The translations under genes and the position numbers were made by a program. The notes under the pieces were generated by a model. That model did not search any database. It was not told the DNA's origin and saw nothing but the letters and a program-made list of their open reading frames with translations. From NCBI GenBank assembly GCA_951406725.2, contig OX597815.1:170190001-170254000 (forward strand): DNA of 64,000 bases, read 5' to 3'. The DNA comes from Octopus vulgaris (Eukaryota). Below, one piece after another: positions 41,160 through 53,065 of this stretch (its first letter is position 1; each line of letters begins with the position of its first letter).

Positions 41160-42315
41160 AGTTGATATGTATAAGGAAAATAGGACAATGTAGAAAATGC
41201 TAAAATAATTTTATCATGAAGAAAATTTGGTAGTGGTTTCAGTCTTTGCGACTATTTCAACTTCGAGTAAAGCATGAACGACAATTAAATTGTGGAAAAA
41301 TTAAATGAAATGTTTTTTAAAATTATTTCCATAGTTTTCAATTACATTGGACATTTTCCTTTTTTCTGTCTGTCTATCTGTCTGTCTCTCTTTCTCTCTC
41401 TCTCTCTTGTACTTTTGTGAAGACTCGGTGGGTAAGTAGTAACAGATCTGAAGAAATATTTAAAATGAGGGATGTGGGTTCTTGGCTTTCATTGTCTAAG
41501 CAGCAGTAGCCGCGGAAGGAGACTGCAAAGAAGAAGAAGAAGAAGAGAAAGAAGAAGAAGGAGGAGGAAATGGAAAGAAGAGAAAGAATAAGAAAAAGAC
41601 GGGAGTGGTTTGATAGTAATAAACTGTTTATAGAGTTTTCGTAAATGGACAAGTGATCTAAAAGTGACTTGTTGTGGTTGTAGTAGTAGTTATTAGAATT
41701 GTTCTGAATAAATTCATGGGTAGTGACTATTCTGAATATATCGTTTCTGATATTTGCGTTCGTATTATTCTAAGACACTTGTAGTGGTGTCATTTGTGGT
41801 GGAAGCATTCAAAAGGGGTTTATATTTTGCGATAAAGTATGACACTTTACTAATGCACTGATTAAAGGTTGCATCATCCCTGAATTTATAGAGGGAAAAA
41901 CATTCTGAAGTTGGATTGTTCGTTAGTGTGTTTGCTTCGAATTTTAATCTGGGATCTATGTAGTGTCGTCTTTTGGAATCTGTGTAGAATGATCTTACAT
42001 AGACACCAGACTAAAATTCTGGAATACAGAAAAATAGCATTCAGCAAACACATCGACATTTGCGCCACTAACGGACAACCCAACCTTAGAATTTTCCCCC
42101 TCTAGAGACAGGAAAAAGGAAAATGTCCCATGTATTTGAAAACTATGGAAATATTTAAAAAAACAATAGTTCATTTAATTTTTCCACAACTTAATTATCT
42201 TTCATGCTTTACTCTAAGCTGAAAAAGTCGCAAAGTCTGAAACCGGTACTAAAACGTTCTTCTCGTTAAAATTATTTTAGCATTTTGTGCCTTGTCCTAT
42301 TTTCCTTTATATATA
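41160..42315. mobile_element. Penelope-like element remnant with ~200-bp inverted terminal repeats
   Basis: 41160-41365 is the imperfect reverse complement of 42110-42315. Internal peptide LHRHQTKILEYRKIAFSKHIDICA..PNLRIFP resembles the C-terminus of Penelope GIY-YIG endonucleases. AGTC-GCAAA-GACT-GAAAC motif in the repeats. Confidence 0.6.
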
Positions 42316-42884
42316 TATACTTCACAGTTTTCGTCAACAAAATTAACTCACAAGGCATTCACACAAATTGCCATACCTTACAACTGAACCCGAAACCATA
42401 TGCTTGCAAGTCGAGACCCTTACTGACATAGCCATGCCTACACCTAATACTAATGAAAAATGTATTATCAAATATACTATTGGGAAACCTTGACTTACAA
42501 ATTTAATTTATAACGAATTATACATGACTTGTTTTTTTGTATCCATGAGAGAATATAAAGAGTTATCTAGGTTATGTTATCCATAAAGGATATCCTAACG
42601 CATCTTCTCATTATGTCTAACAGTTTTGGGGTACGTCAGAAAAATATTTTGAGAACGTCTCTCTTGCAGTAAAGATGTTCCTTTTTATAAACTGTCGGTG
42701 TCAGTGTTACTTTTTCTCCTTTGTCATCTATAAAATAAGAATGAATCATGTGTTGAGATCGATCTATTAAAGCTATACATCTGCCATAGAATTTACGTCA
42801 TAGTGTCAATGTGAGAAATCAATATTCAGACTTATGAGATACATTCTATTTACATATAGGATATGGTTTAAATCTTATTATAAA

Positions 42885-44332
42885 CTAGCAAACGTACTCG
42901 TCCTTTGGACGGTTTAAGTTGCTTTGTTGGTATTTTTTTAAACAAATAATTGAAGTACCAAAAAGGTTTATGGGTCGCGCGGCAATCTACGTTTCCGATT
43001 AACATAGGAACGGAAAATCAAATTGAAGGCTGGATATCGTAGAGGTCTTTGAAGTTTAATGATCATAGAAGATATTTTGCAAGCAATGCAAAGTAGAGCT
43101 ACTGATGTATTTTGGGAGAAGGTTACGGAAAATGACTACAAAATATAGTTGTTTTACATGAAAGCGAGATTTCTTGCCAGAAACAGCCACATAAATGGTG
43201 TAATGAAATTGAAGGAAGACGTTGAAACTTCCCCTCTGCAATTTTATTTTTTTCAACAGCAAATGGGGCTATTTTTTTCCAGAGAGATAGCTAACAAAAG
43301 CCTCTTTATTCTGTTTTCCCACATAGCCTGCGCACACACTAACAGCGAATACTGCATAAAATTTAAATTGGCATGGAGCTTTCTGAAAGATACGTATAGC
43401 TTTCGTTAGGGGAAGCAAAACTCATATTTAGCGATTGATACTTTGGGACAAATTATATGTGATTGTTTAGACAAAGGCTAGAAAGACAATGATAAACCGT
43501 ATTTGAAACAATGGACAACAGTCGAAATAGCATAATGAATGGGTAAATAAGCATCTTTGAAGTGAAACAACGCATTGGCAGGTAAACAAAGTATCAACAA
43601 GTAGAGGGAAGGGGACATCACCTTTTAAGTAACCCAGAATAGGTAAAGGTAAGCTTGCCAAAGTTTAATGCATTTTAAATATGGAGATTAAGATTGTTTG
43701 GTATTAGATATTCATCGCGTAAAGTGTTCCTAGCCAATTTAATCACCGTGGCCGGTGGACAGTGAAATAAGTGATTAGACAAACTCCTTTCACTTTCATA
43801 AAAAAGATTAGAAAAGTATGGAAGACCCTACATAAAAAAAACTAGTACGTTTAGGTCTATTTATGCGGGAGCTCTGGGCAAAATGCTTAGTGCATGACCA
43901 TCCTTGGGGCATAATAAATGTGTGTGTAAAGTTTAGTGAAAGTCGGTTGAGAATTGTGTATATGTTTGCGTTCAGTATTCCTTGTCAATTTAATCACCGT
44001 CGCTGGTGGACAATGGAAATAAATAGACAAATTCCTTTCACCTCTATAAAAAGATTTAAAAAGTATGGAAGACCCTACATATTATAAAACGACTGATTAA
44101 TGCAAATGAATAGGAATAATTTATTGTTGGTTTCCTATCGCTCATAAGGCTCCAATATCGATTTTTTAAAAATTTAAGTAAACTATGTTCGGGTCTAGGA
44201 TATGAAGCAGCTGTGTATAAAATTTTAAAGAAATCGGATGAAAGAAGTAGAAGTTATTGAGGCATATTAATTTTTTGCACCCCCCCCCCCACATACACAC
44301 ACACACAGAACTTCAATTTTATAGATATTAGA
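42885..44332 (-). mobile_element. Non-autonomous Helitron-like element with internal duplication
   Basis: Minus strand A|TCTAATATCTATAAAA ... hairpin CGTCCAAAGGACG ... CTAG|T; ~95-bp internal repeat at 43736-43833 and 43987-44081. Confidence 0.65.
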
Positions 44333-47300
44333 TGTCTGCTATTTAATTGCAAAAGAAGGAAGACTGTTTCTGAAACTGCCTGACTTTTACATGTCGTAAC
44401 TTCTCGATTTGTTACATTCACCATTGGAGTATAGTCATTATCTTCTATTCCAGAAGTTTTATTCTAATTAGCGGAAGAAAACAACCTGGCTAATTAAACA
44501 TTATTAAATGCAAAATTAAACGAAAAATAAGTGTTCTACAAATATTTTTATTGAATTCTACCTAAATACAGCAGAAGATAAATAAAATTATTGATTAAAT
44601 ATTTGATTAACATAAACATTTTAAAATGTCATAGGAAATAATTTTTTGCTTATTTCCTCTGATGTTGCTACTAAAATAGATACTACGGAAACAAGTACCA
44701 TAGTAACAGAAATTATATGATGGTGAGTGAACCTTACTGTATTCAAATGTCTACAGCAATCCAAGCTGGATGTAAGATCACTAAGCTGAAGGATTATCAG
44801 TTCATTTTGGATCAGTGCTTAAATTTATATTCGAATTATATGTGCCAATGATGGGGTATCTCAGTGGTCGTTCGGTCTGTTAGAAATAGCATTGAAGTTC
44901 TCCTCAAACCACACTCATCTTACTACACTGAAAAGTAGGAAATATTAGCTAATGAATACTCTGTCTGAAAGTAAGATGATCATGACTCCAACGCTTTGAT
45001 CATAGGTCTCTTTAATGAGAGCTAACATGAGATGAACAGTATGATGATATCCAATCCATCAGAATCGTATATTCAATCATTACAGTAATGATTGAAACCA
45101 ATAATATTTATCTGAACTGGTAAATTAGAGTCTAACTGAATGAGTAGAGTGTATACTGATAAGTACTTTTGTTTTCAATCAGTAAGTGGACCAATTAATT
45201 AATTGGTTCAGTAATTGATTGAACTAGTAATGTTCACATTAGCAATTAAATGTTGGATATCTCTGAGGGTTGCGGTGATAATATACTGTGTTCAAATCAG
45301 GTACAGTCAATTTATCTTTTAACAGAATCAATAAAACTGAATGCTGTAATCACCACATTAGGAAATCTAGAAAAAGTTCACTTTAGTTTAGTCTGGATGA
45401 TACAATATGAAACACGTATGAATGGGATTAATGTCCTGTGGTGATTAAAATATAATTCCACTAGCCATGGAACATTCTATTAATAAGATATGTAGCTGAA
45501 ACATTGTAAGATTTCTCTGTTTACATTATAATGTTATTCTAATCTCTGATTAAACATTAAGAAATACATTTGAAAGCTTATTTCACCATAATATGTTATC
45601 TCTTTCATAGATGAGTGTAACTTTGCTATCCGGCGATGAGTGGCATGGATTGCTGCTTCTTATCCAAAGTATAAATCATAAATAATTGCGAAACTATAAT
45701 AAGTAGTTTCTAGTCGTTTTCATCATACACTTAAGAGGACGATCGGCGAATAAACGAAATTGTAAGCTCTGGAAACATTTCTTGATTGTTCAATGTTACT
45801 GTTCCTTTCAACAGTAAGACGTGTTTACTCAGTGCTGCATATTTTTATTTACATGGGCTGAGACACTGGAAAGTTAATAGCATATTATTGATGATGATAC
45901 ACAGATTATCGAGTAATATATTGGTTGTCCTATACTTTATTCGTTCAGATATCATCAGAATTTTCATTGCTGTTATTAGAATGTCTAACGAGTCATTAAA
46001 TAAACAAAGCCTAACAAATAGTAGGTTTTATTTTCTAGCAACACGTATTAACAATTACACATAATGGATTCGTTAGATAGACACAGGTGACATCTATAAG
46101 ATATGAATGGAGAAAACGATACATAATGAGGCGGTTATGTTTGCATTTTCCTCAATAGCATAAGGCTATGGGAATGAAAGTATCTAGCCCAGATAAGCCA
46201 GGATATAAGTTGCGAATAATTTCGCCTCAGAGAAAATATCAAGCAGTAAATCTACACCGTAAGAAAACACTTCTAATATTTATAATTGGTTTTCCTATCG
46301 GAGAGTAAAACAAACATCCATTCTCATAGCACTTATATAATAATTTCTACTTCTTAGCACAAGGCCAATATTATTACAGAACGGCTATGCAACTGAATCG
46401 AGCATACCGTGATGAACATATTTTATTGATTTCAGTTGGTTGAAAAGGTGAAGTCGATTGCGGCACGGATAACATTAACAACATTAGACAACAAACTAGA
46501 TACTATAATGAATCTTTCAAGGCTCGTTACCTTCCATGCCAATTATATTAGTGCACTTATATTGATAAATCTTTATCCTTCCCCAGTTTAACTCCCTCGC
46601 ATACTCATACGTACACACATATACACATACACACACTTACATAATACACTTATATAAACATACATTTATATAAACATATACATGTAAAAATGTAAGTGAA
46701 ACTGGAGCTGACCGGGCAAATATGATATGAACCGAAAGGTTAACAGTCATATACCGTTTGAAGAACAACGCTGTGGGCGGGGTCTGCAAGACTAATTCTC
46801 GTTGGCCTTTCGGAATTAGAAGATGATATGTTGGTACAGATGATTGTTGTAAGAAGCAGGAATAAGTTTAAGAAAGTTTACTCATTTCAATGCTAAAATA
46901 CATCTGAACGTGTGAATAACCTATCAATGAATTATTTCCACTATCTAATAAGACCCTTTATTAATTTATTTGTATTTCTTCTTTCGAAAATACAGTTTCT
47001 TCACTGTCTTAATTACAGGCAAAGCTAACATTTTAAGGAAAGAGTTGTACTGCATGAAGTAGAATGCTGACAACTATTTAATCGGTAACATATGGATGAA
47101 TAATAATTCCTTTGTGATAGAATTTTAACTCATTAAGTAGAGGGAGGAATTGAAGTATTTAGGTAACCACTCAACATTTTCTGATGCTTTATCGTCCTAA
47201 GATAAGGTACTACTAATTGATTGATAATTTATTTTTTAGCATTAATTATGTATATACGTGCGTATGTGCTTATAGGTATATGTGCGTATGTATCACTATA

Positions 47301-47698
47301 GCTGTTAAGAATAGGATGTTTATTGCAATTTATTTCTTTTCTGCTTCACTGGAAGAATTTGACGTAATTTATAAACTTGTGTGTTAGACCGAAGAAAATA
47401 TTTAAAATTAGTTGCTTCTTTTTAAAATTTATTTTTCCATAGAAATAAAGAGGATTTTATTTTTATTATTTGACAAGTTTTTTTTTATCTGTGTCAAATT
47501 TATCGAGTGCTTTTATTCCTATTTAAGTAAACTAGAGTTGATGGGTTTGAGCGGCGAAAAATGTTTTTCAGCCATATGATCTGAATTCAAATCATTATGA
47601 TGTGATATATTTTCTTAATGTAAAAGCAATTCTATTTATATAAATTTATACTCTATTACTGCAATACATGCATCTCTCTCTCTCTCTCCCTCTCTATT

Positions 47699-47728
<30 letters not shown>

Positions 47729-47775
<47 letters not shown>
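47729..47775. repeat. (TAA)n target array, 5' flank of the Dong-like element
   Basis: Seen directly. Confidence 0.95.
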
Positions 47776-47778
<3 letters not shown>

Positions 47779-50665
47779 CAAAAGGTATCTGACACCATAG
47801 AAACCATCAAACAAAAGGTATCTGCCCACCATAGAAACCATCAAACAAAAGGTATCTGCCCACCATAGAAACCATCAAACAAAAGGTATCTGCCAAAGCT
47901 GCCCGCATAGCGAGGTATGAAAAGCGTGTTAGATTTTTCAAGGACAACAACATGTTCAAAAATAACACCAAGAATTTTTACAGGAAGATAGGAAAAACAG
48001 CGTTTACTGCAAGGTCTGTAGCATCAAAAGAAGAAGTGCAGGGATTTGGGAATAAAATCTGGGCAGAAGAAAAAACACACAACGAAAAGCCCCCCTGGAT
48101 TGACAGAATATCTACAGAACTGGACCCCTTAGAAGAGCAAAAGTGGGAAGGTGTCAAGGTAGAAGATATAAGATCTGCTCTCAGGAGGTCAAGCAAATGG
48201 AAGTCTCCAGGAAAGGATAAAATCCCTAACTTCTAGCTGAATGCCTTCCCAGAGAGCCATGAACTGCTAACAGAACTGTACAATGATGTTTTGCAACACC
48301 CTAGTAGGATGCCTCCTTGGCTAGTTAATGGGTTAACATTCCTGCTTCCAAAAAGTGAAGAAACAAATGAACTAAAAAACTATAGACCCATAACCTGCTT
48401 AACAACTATGTACAAAACACTAACATCTGTCCTGACGGAATATACCTATAGTTTTTTAACAGACAGCAGCATATTCCCTAATGAACAGAAAGGATGTAAA
48501 CGTGGATCCTACGGCTGTAAAGACCAACTACTCATCAATAAGATGATCTTAGAAGATTGTCACAAACGACACAAAAACTTATCAATAGCCTGGATAGACT
48601 ATAAAAAGGCTTTTGATAGCCTACCACATAGCTGGATTAGGAAATGCCTGGAAATGTATAAGATAGCACCTACTCTGCGAAACTTCTTGACTGTAAGTAT
48701 GAGATCATGGAGAACCACACTAACTCTGAACAGTGACAATGAATCCCTAAATGTTGGTGATGTAAAAATTTCGTGTGGCATCTTCCAGGGTGACTCACTG
48801 TCACCACTCCTCTTTTGTTTATCCTTAATACCTCTCTCAAAGCTGCTCAATGACGCGCAGTACGGGTATAAAATGTTTGATAAAAATATAAATCATCTCG
48901 TTTACATGGATGATTTAAAGCTTTTTGCAAAAAATGACCAACAACTCAAGGGCTTACTAGCGATAGTCAAACAATTCAGTGACGACATCAGAATGCAATT
49001 CGGCCTCGATAAATGTGCAAAGGCTACCTTTATCAAAGGAAAAATGACAGAAACATCTAACGTTAACCTTGACCAACAGAATGTCATAAAAGAACTAGAC
49101 CCAGCGGAGAGCTACAAGTACCTAGGGGTAATTGAAGGGAACGGAATAAGGCATTCAGAGATGAAGGAAAGGATCAGGAGAGAATGCTATCGAAGAGTGA
49201 GAGCAATACTCAAGACAGAGCTGAATGCAAGAAACAGGATCGAAGCGATCAATGCATTAGCCATACCAGTCGTGACTTACAGTTTCAATATTGTTAACTG
49301 GTCAATTACTGAAATATGTCAGCTCGACAGAAAAATAAGGAAACTGTTGACAATGCATAGAATGCACCACCCTAAGGCAGATACAGAACGACTCTATCTG
49401 CCAAGAAAAGAGGGAGGCCGTGGTCTTTTGCAACTGGCAATAACAATGAAGATTGCTACAATTGGCCTAGACACCTACCTGAAAAACTCTGAGGACTGGA
49501 TGTTAAAACTTGTCTCAAAACATGAAAACAAGAAAGCATCATACTCAGTCACAAAACAGGCAAAGGAATATCTAAGTGAATTCCGAATACAACCAATTTC
49601 GGAATTAGAGATAGATATACAAGAAACAAGCACAGAAAAAGCTAGGCGCATGAAAACCCGTGCCAAAACTGCGGCCTTAGATATTCTGAATAATAAATGG
49701 CAAGAAAAACCTCTCTATGGCAAATACCCAAAGAGAGCGAATAATGCAGATATCGACAAAGCCCCGACCCATCAATGGCTAATGGCCTCTGGCTTAAAAT
49801 CTGAAACAGAGGGGTTTATCATAGCAGCTCAAGATCAATGCCTACCAACAAGAAACTACCAGGCCAACATATTAAAGAACGGCAGTAGCCCAACATGTCG
49901 TGTATGCCGACAACAAAATGAAACCATTGACCATGTTGTCTCCAAATGCAGTCTTCTAGCGCCTACAGAGTACCTCAGTAGGCATGATAGAGCTGCACAA
50001 TATATTCACTGGGTAATTTGCAAAAACCTGGATTTGCCCCATGAAAAAAACTGGTGGGAACACAATCCACCTCCTGTGCTTGAAAATGACCACATCTCAC
50101 TCCTCTGGAACTTCACCATTCAAACTGACAGGAAGATAGATGCAAATAGGCCAGACATTATATTGAAAGACTTCAGACAAAGAACATGCCTCCTCATTGA
50201 TATGACTGTTCCAATCGATATAAACGTATCTGCCAAGACCTACCAAAAACTGAGGAAATATAAAGATCTTGAAATAGAAATCAGCAAAATGTGGAAGCTG
50301 AAGACTAAAACAATACCTGTTGTCATAGGTGCCCTGGGAATGATAGCGAAAGGGACTGATTGCTACCTAACTCAGATACCAGGAAACCCCAAAATGGCAG
50401 AAATTCAAAAGATAGTGCTCATGGGAACTGCTCATATCCTACGCAAAATACTCTCTATGTAATCCCAAGGTTTAAAACAAACTTTTTTTTATTTATTTAT
50501 TTATTTTTTTATGTATTAGACATTCACTAGTACAACACCAAAAAAAAAAACAAAAAAAAACCCCCAAATATATGGCACAGAACTTCCAAGCTGTTGTCTC
50601 TTGAGGTCTCTGGGTGAGACTTGGAGCCAACTTGTACAGACATAAAGCAAAAGTCAAACATAGAA
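47776..50665 (+). mobile_element. Young 5'-truncated R4/Dong-clade non-LTR retrotransposon inserted in (TAA)n
   Basis: Single long frame RT-CCHC-REL, ~200-bp 3' UTR, (TAA)n on both sides, as known for Dong elements. Confidence 0.92.
47952..50462 (+). CDS. R4/Dong-like polyprotein (RT, CCHC zinc finger, PD-(D/E)xK restriction-like endonuclease) with one in-frame TAG at 48234-48236
   Basis: KSPGKDKIPNF*LN, NYRPITCL, EQKG, WIDYKKAFDS, GIFQGDSLSP, YMDD, YKYLG, CRVC..ETIDHVVSKC, RHD, RPDII..IDMTVP..KYKDL. ORFs 47952-48236 and 48291-50462 are in the same frame. Confidence 0.92.
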
Positions 50666-50672
50666 TAATAAT

Positions 50673-50740
<68 letters not shown>

Positions 50741-50752
50741 TAATAATAATAT
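50666..50752. repeat. (TAA)n target array, 3' flank
   Basis: Seen directly. Confidence 0.95.
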
Positions 50753-51039
50753 TAGGGAGTATAGCTCCAAACTTACAGGGAAAAATTCAATTTAGTATTA
50801 AATCAAATTTCACAGTATAAATATATAAAATATGAATTAGAGATAAAACTCAAACAGTGATAGACGTAAACCAATACATAAATAACAAATAATATAAATA
50901 CAATTAATATAATATATAATATATATATATATAATTTTTTCCCCAAAAAGTATAAAAAGAATAATAAATATAATATAAGTATAATAAGTATACTTATAAG
51001 TATAAGTATAATAAGTATACTTACATTTATATTTATCAT

Positions 51040-51088
<49 letters not shown>

Positions 51089-52434
51089 TCAATTAATAAC
51101 AGCAATGAGAGATCGTGCCCATATGTAATATCTACATTGTGCGCTTTAAGAAGACATTCAGTCGGCTTTCCTGATATTAAGCTCTCTTCTAGATCCCTAA
51201 AGACGGTATTTTAATGCTTCATGTATCAGGGTCTTTAAATATCATATCGGACTTGTTCCATGAAGATAAGTATTTTTATTGGTATTAAAATTATTTAAAG
51301 AGAATATATAGTTATATTATTTCCAATCGTTTCCATAGACAGTATATAGATATATTATAAATATTCTTAGGAGAGTGAAACTGTAGCAAGTTATATAACC
51401 ATATTTTTCTTACCGAGATTACCATTTAAATATTGGAAATTTGAAATAATCAGAAAAAGAAATTTATGATTTCCAATTCAATCATAGAATTGCTTCGTTA
51501 TCTCTACTCCGAGAAGTAGATAAGACTTTGTTACTGCATACAACAACCAACAAAGTATTAATAGTTAGATATTAGGTGCTTTGTACCACGTGACACTGAA
51601 GGCAATAATATGAACATATATGTATACTTATTGCTGTCAAATTGGTGATTGGATAACGTACCGCATGCACTTCCGACTTGTTAGTTTGGAAATTCTACAC
51701 GGCTCATGGGATTCGTTGCGTTTCTCGACACGAAAATTAAATGTTAAGTTCAGACATAATTGTGTGATTAAGGAGTCTACTTCTAAATCAGTTTGTTTGG
51801 GTTCAATCCCACTACATTAATTTGGGCTTATGTCTTTCACATTAACACCAAATTTCTCAACGTCTTGTGTAGGAATTCGGTTGGTGGAAATTGTGTGTGG
51901 AAGCCTTTCGTGCATGTGTGTTCATATATGTGCATGTGTGTGAATATGTGCATGCGTGTACATACATGTCTGTGTATATGTGTATGTACGTTTGTTTGTG
52001 GTTCCTCTCTGTCTGTCTGTCTCTGTTTGTCTCTCTCTCTCTCTCTTTGTCGCTTGTCATCATGTGACAACCCTTGATACTCGGTGTTTGTTTCTGGTGC
52101 AGGAACATTTTAGTTATGTAAAACAGAAACCGACAAAAAAAGAAGCATAATACAAAAAAACCCCCCCAAAACATAAGGATTGCATTTACATCCAACAAAG
52201 CACGTTAAAGTTGTGTCCCCGATATAGCCGTTGTCCAATGATTCACAAAAGTAATAGTGGAAAAGAGTAAAGAATAATTTGATATGTCACTTGTGATCAT
52301 GAATATATTATGCCTCATTAATATCATAGTATAAAATCCGTTGTTGTTACCGACTCTTTTGTACCTAGGATACTTAAACTTTTGTATATAACTGGATTGC
52401 TGGAATTTTTCTACCAAAATAAAACATTATATTA

Positions 52435-52840
52435 GGCGTGGGAGTGGCTGTGTGGTAAGTGGCTTGCTTACCAACCACATGGTTCCGGGTTCAGTCCCAC
52501 TGCGTGGCACCTTCGGCAAGTGTTTTCTACTATAGCCTCAGGCCGACCAAATCCTTGTGAGTGGATTTGGTAGACGGAAACTGAAAGAAGCCCGTCGTAT
52601 ATATTTACATGTATGTATGCATGTGTGTATATGTTTGCGTGTGTGTCTGTCCCCCTAACATCACTTGACAACCGATGCTGGTGTGTTTACGTCCCTGTAA
52701 CTTAGCGATTCGGCAAAGAGACCGATAGAATAAGTACTAGGCTTACAAAGAATTTGTCCTGGGGTCGATTTGTTCGACTAAAGGCGGTGCTCCAGCATGA
52801 TCACAGTCAAACGACTGAAACAAGTAAAAGAGTAAAAGAG
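52435..52840 (+). mobile_element. Full-length SINE family B (tRNA head, CORE-like GGCACCTT.GGCAAGT, internal microsatellite, GTAAAAGA tail)
   Basis: TGGCTGTGTGGTAAG A-box, GGTTCAGTCCC B-box; near-identical inverted copy at 63290-63741. Confidence 0.88.
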
Positions 52841-52849
52841 TTACATGAA

Positions 52850-53065
52850 GATGGCAAGTTGGCTGAATCGTTAGCATGCTGGACGCCATGCTCAGCAGCA
52901 ATTCGCCCGTCGCTACGTTCTAAGTTCAAATTCCGCCGAGGTCGACTTTGCCTTTCACCATTTCGGAGTTGATAAAAACAAGTACCTGTTGAAAACTGGG
53001 ATCGATGTAATCGACAAATCTCCACCTCCCCCCAAGCTGCTTTTGTGGCAGAATTTGAAATATTC
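52850..53065 (+). mobile_element. SINE family A monomer directly behind SINE B
   Basis: GTTCAAATTCCGCCGAGGTCGACTTTGCCTTTCA. Confidence 0.75.

Noticed and set aside
47776-47894. CRISPR-like array
   Set aside because: Units are contiguous with no unique spacers, derive from retrotransposon coding sequence, and the context is eukaryotic.
50753-51300. Possible additional Penelope remnant (minus-strand TLIHEALK)
   Set aside because: Only a few residues and AT-rich low complexity; cannot be supported without a search.
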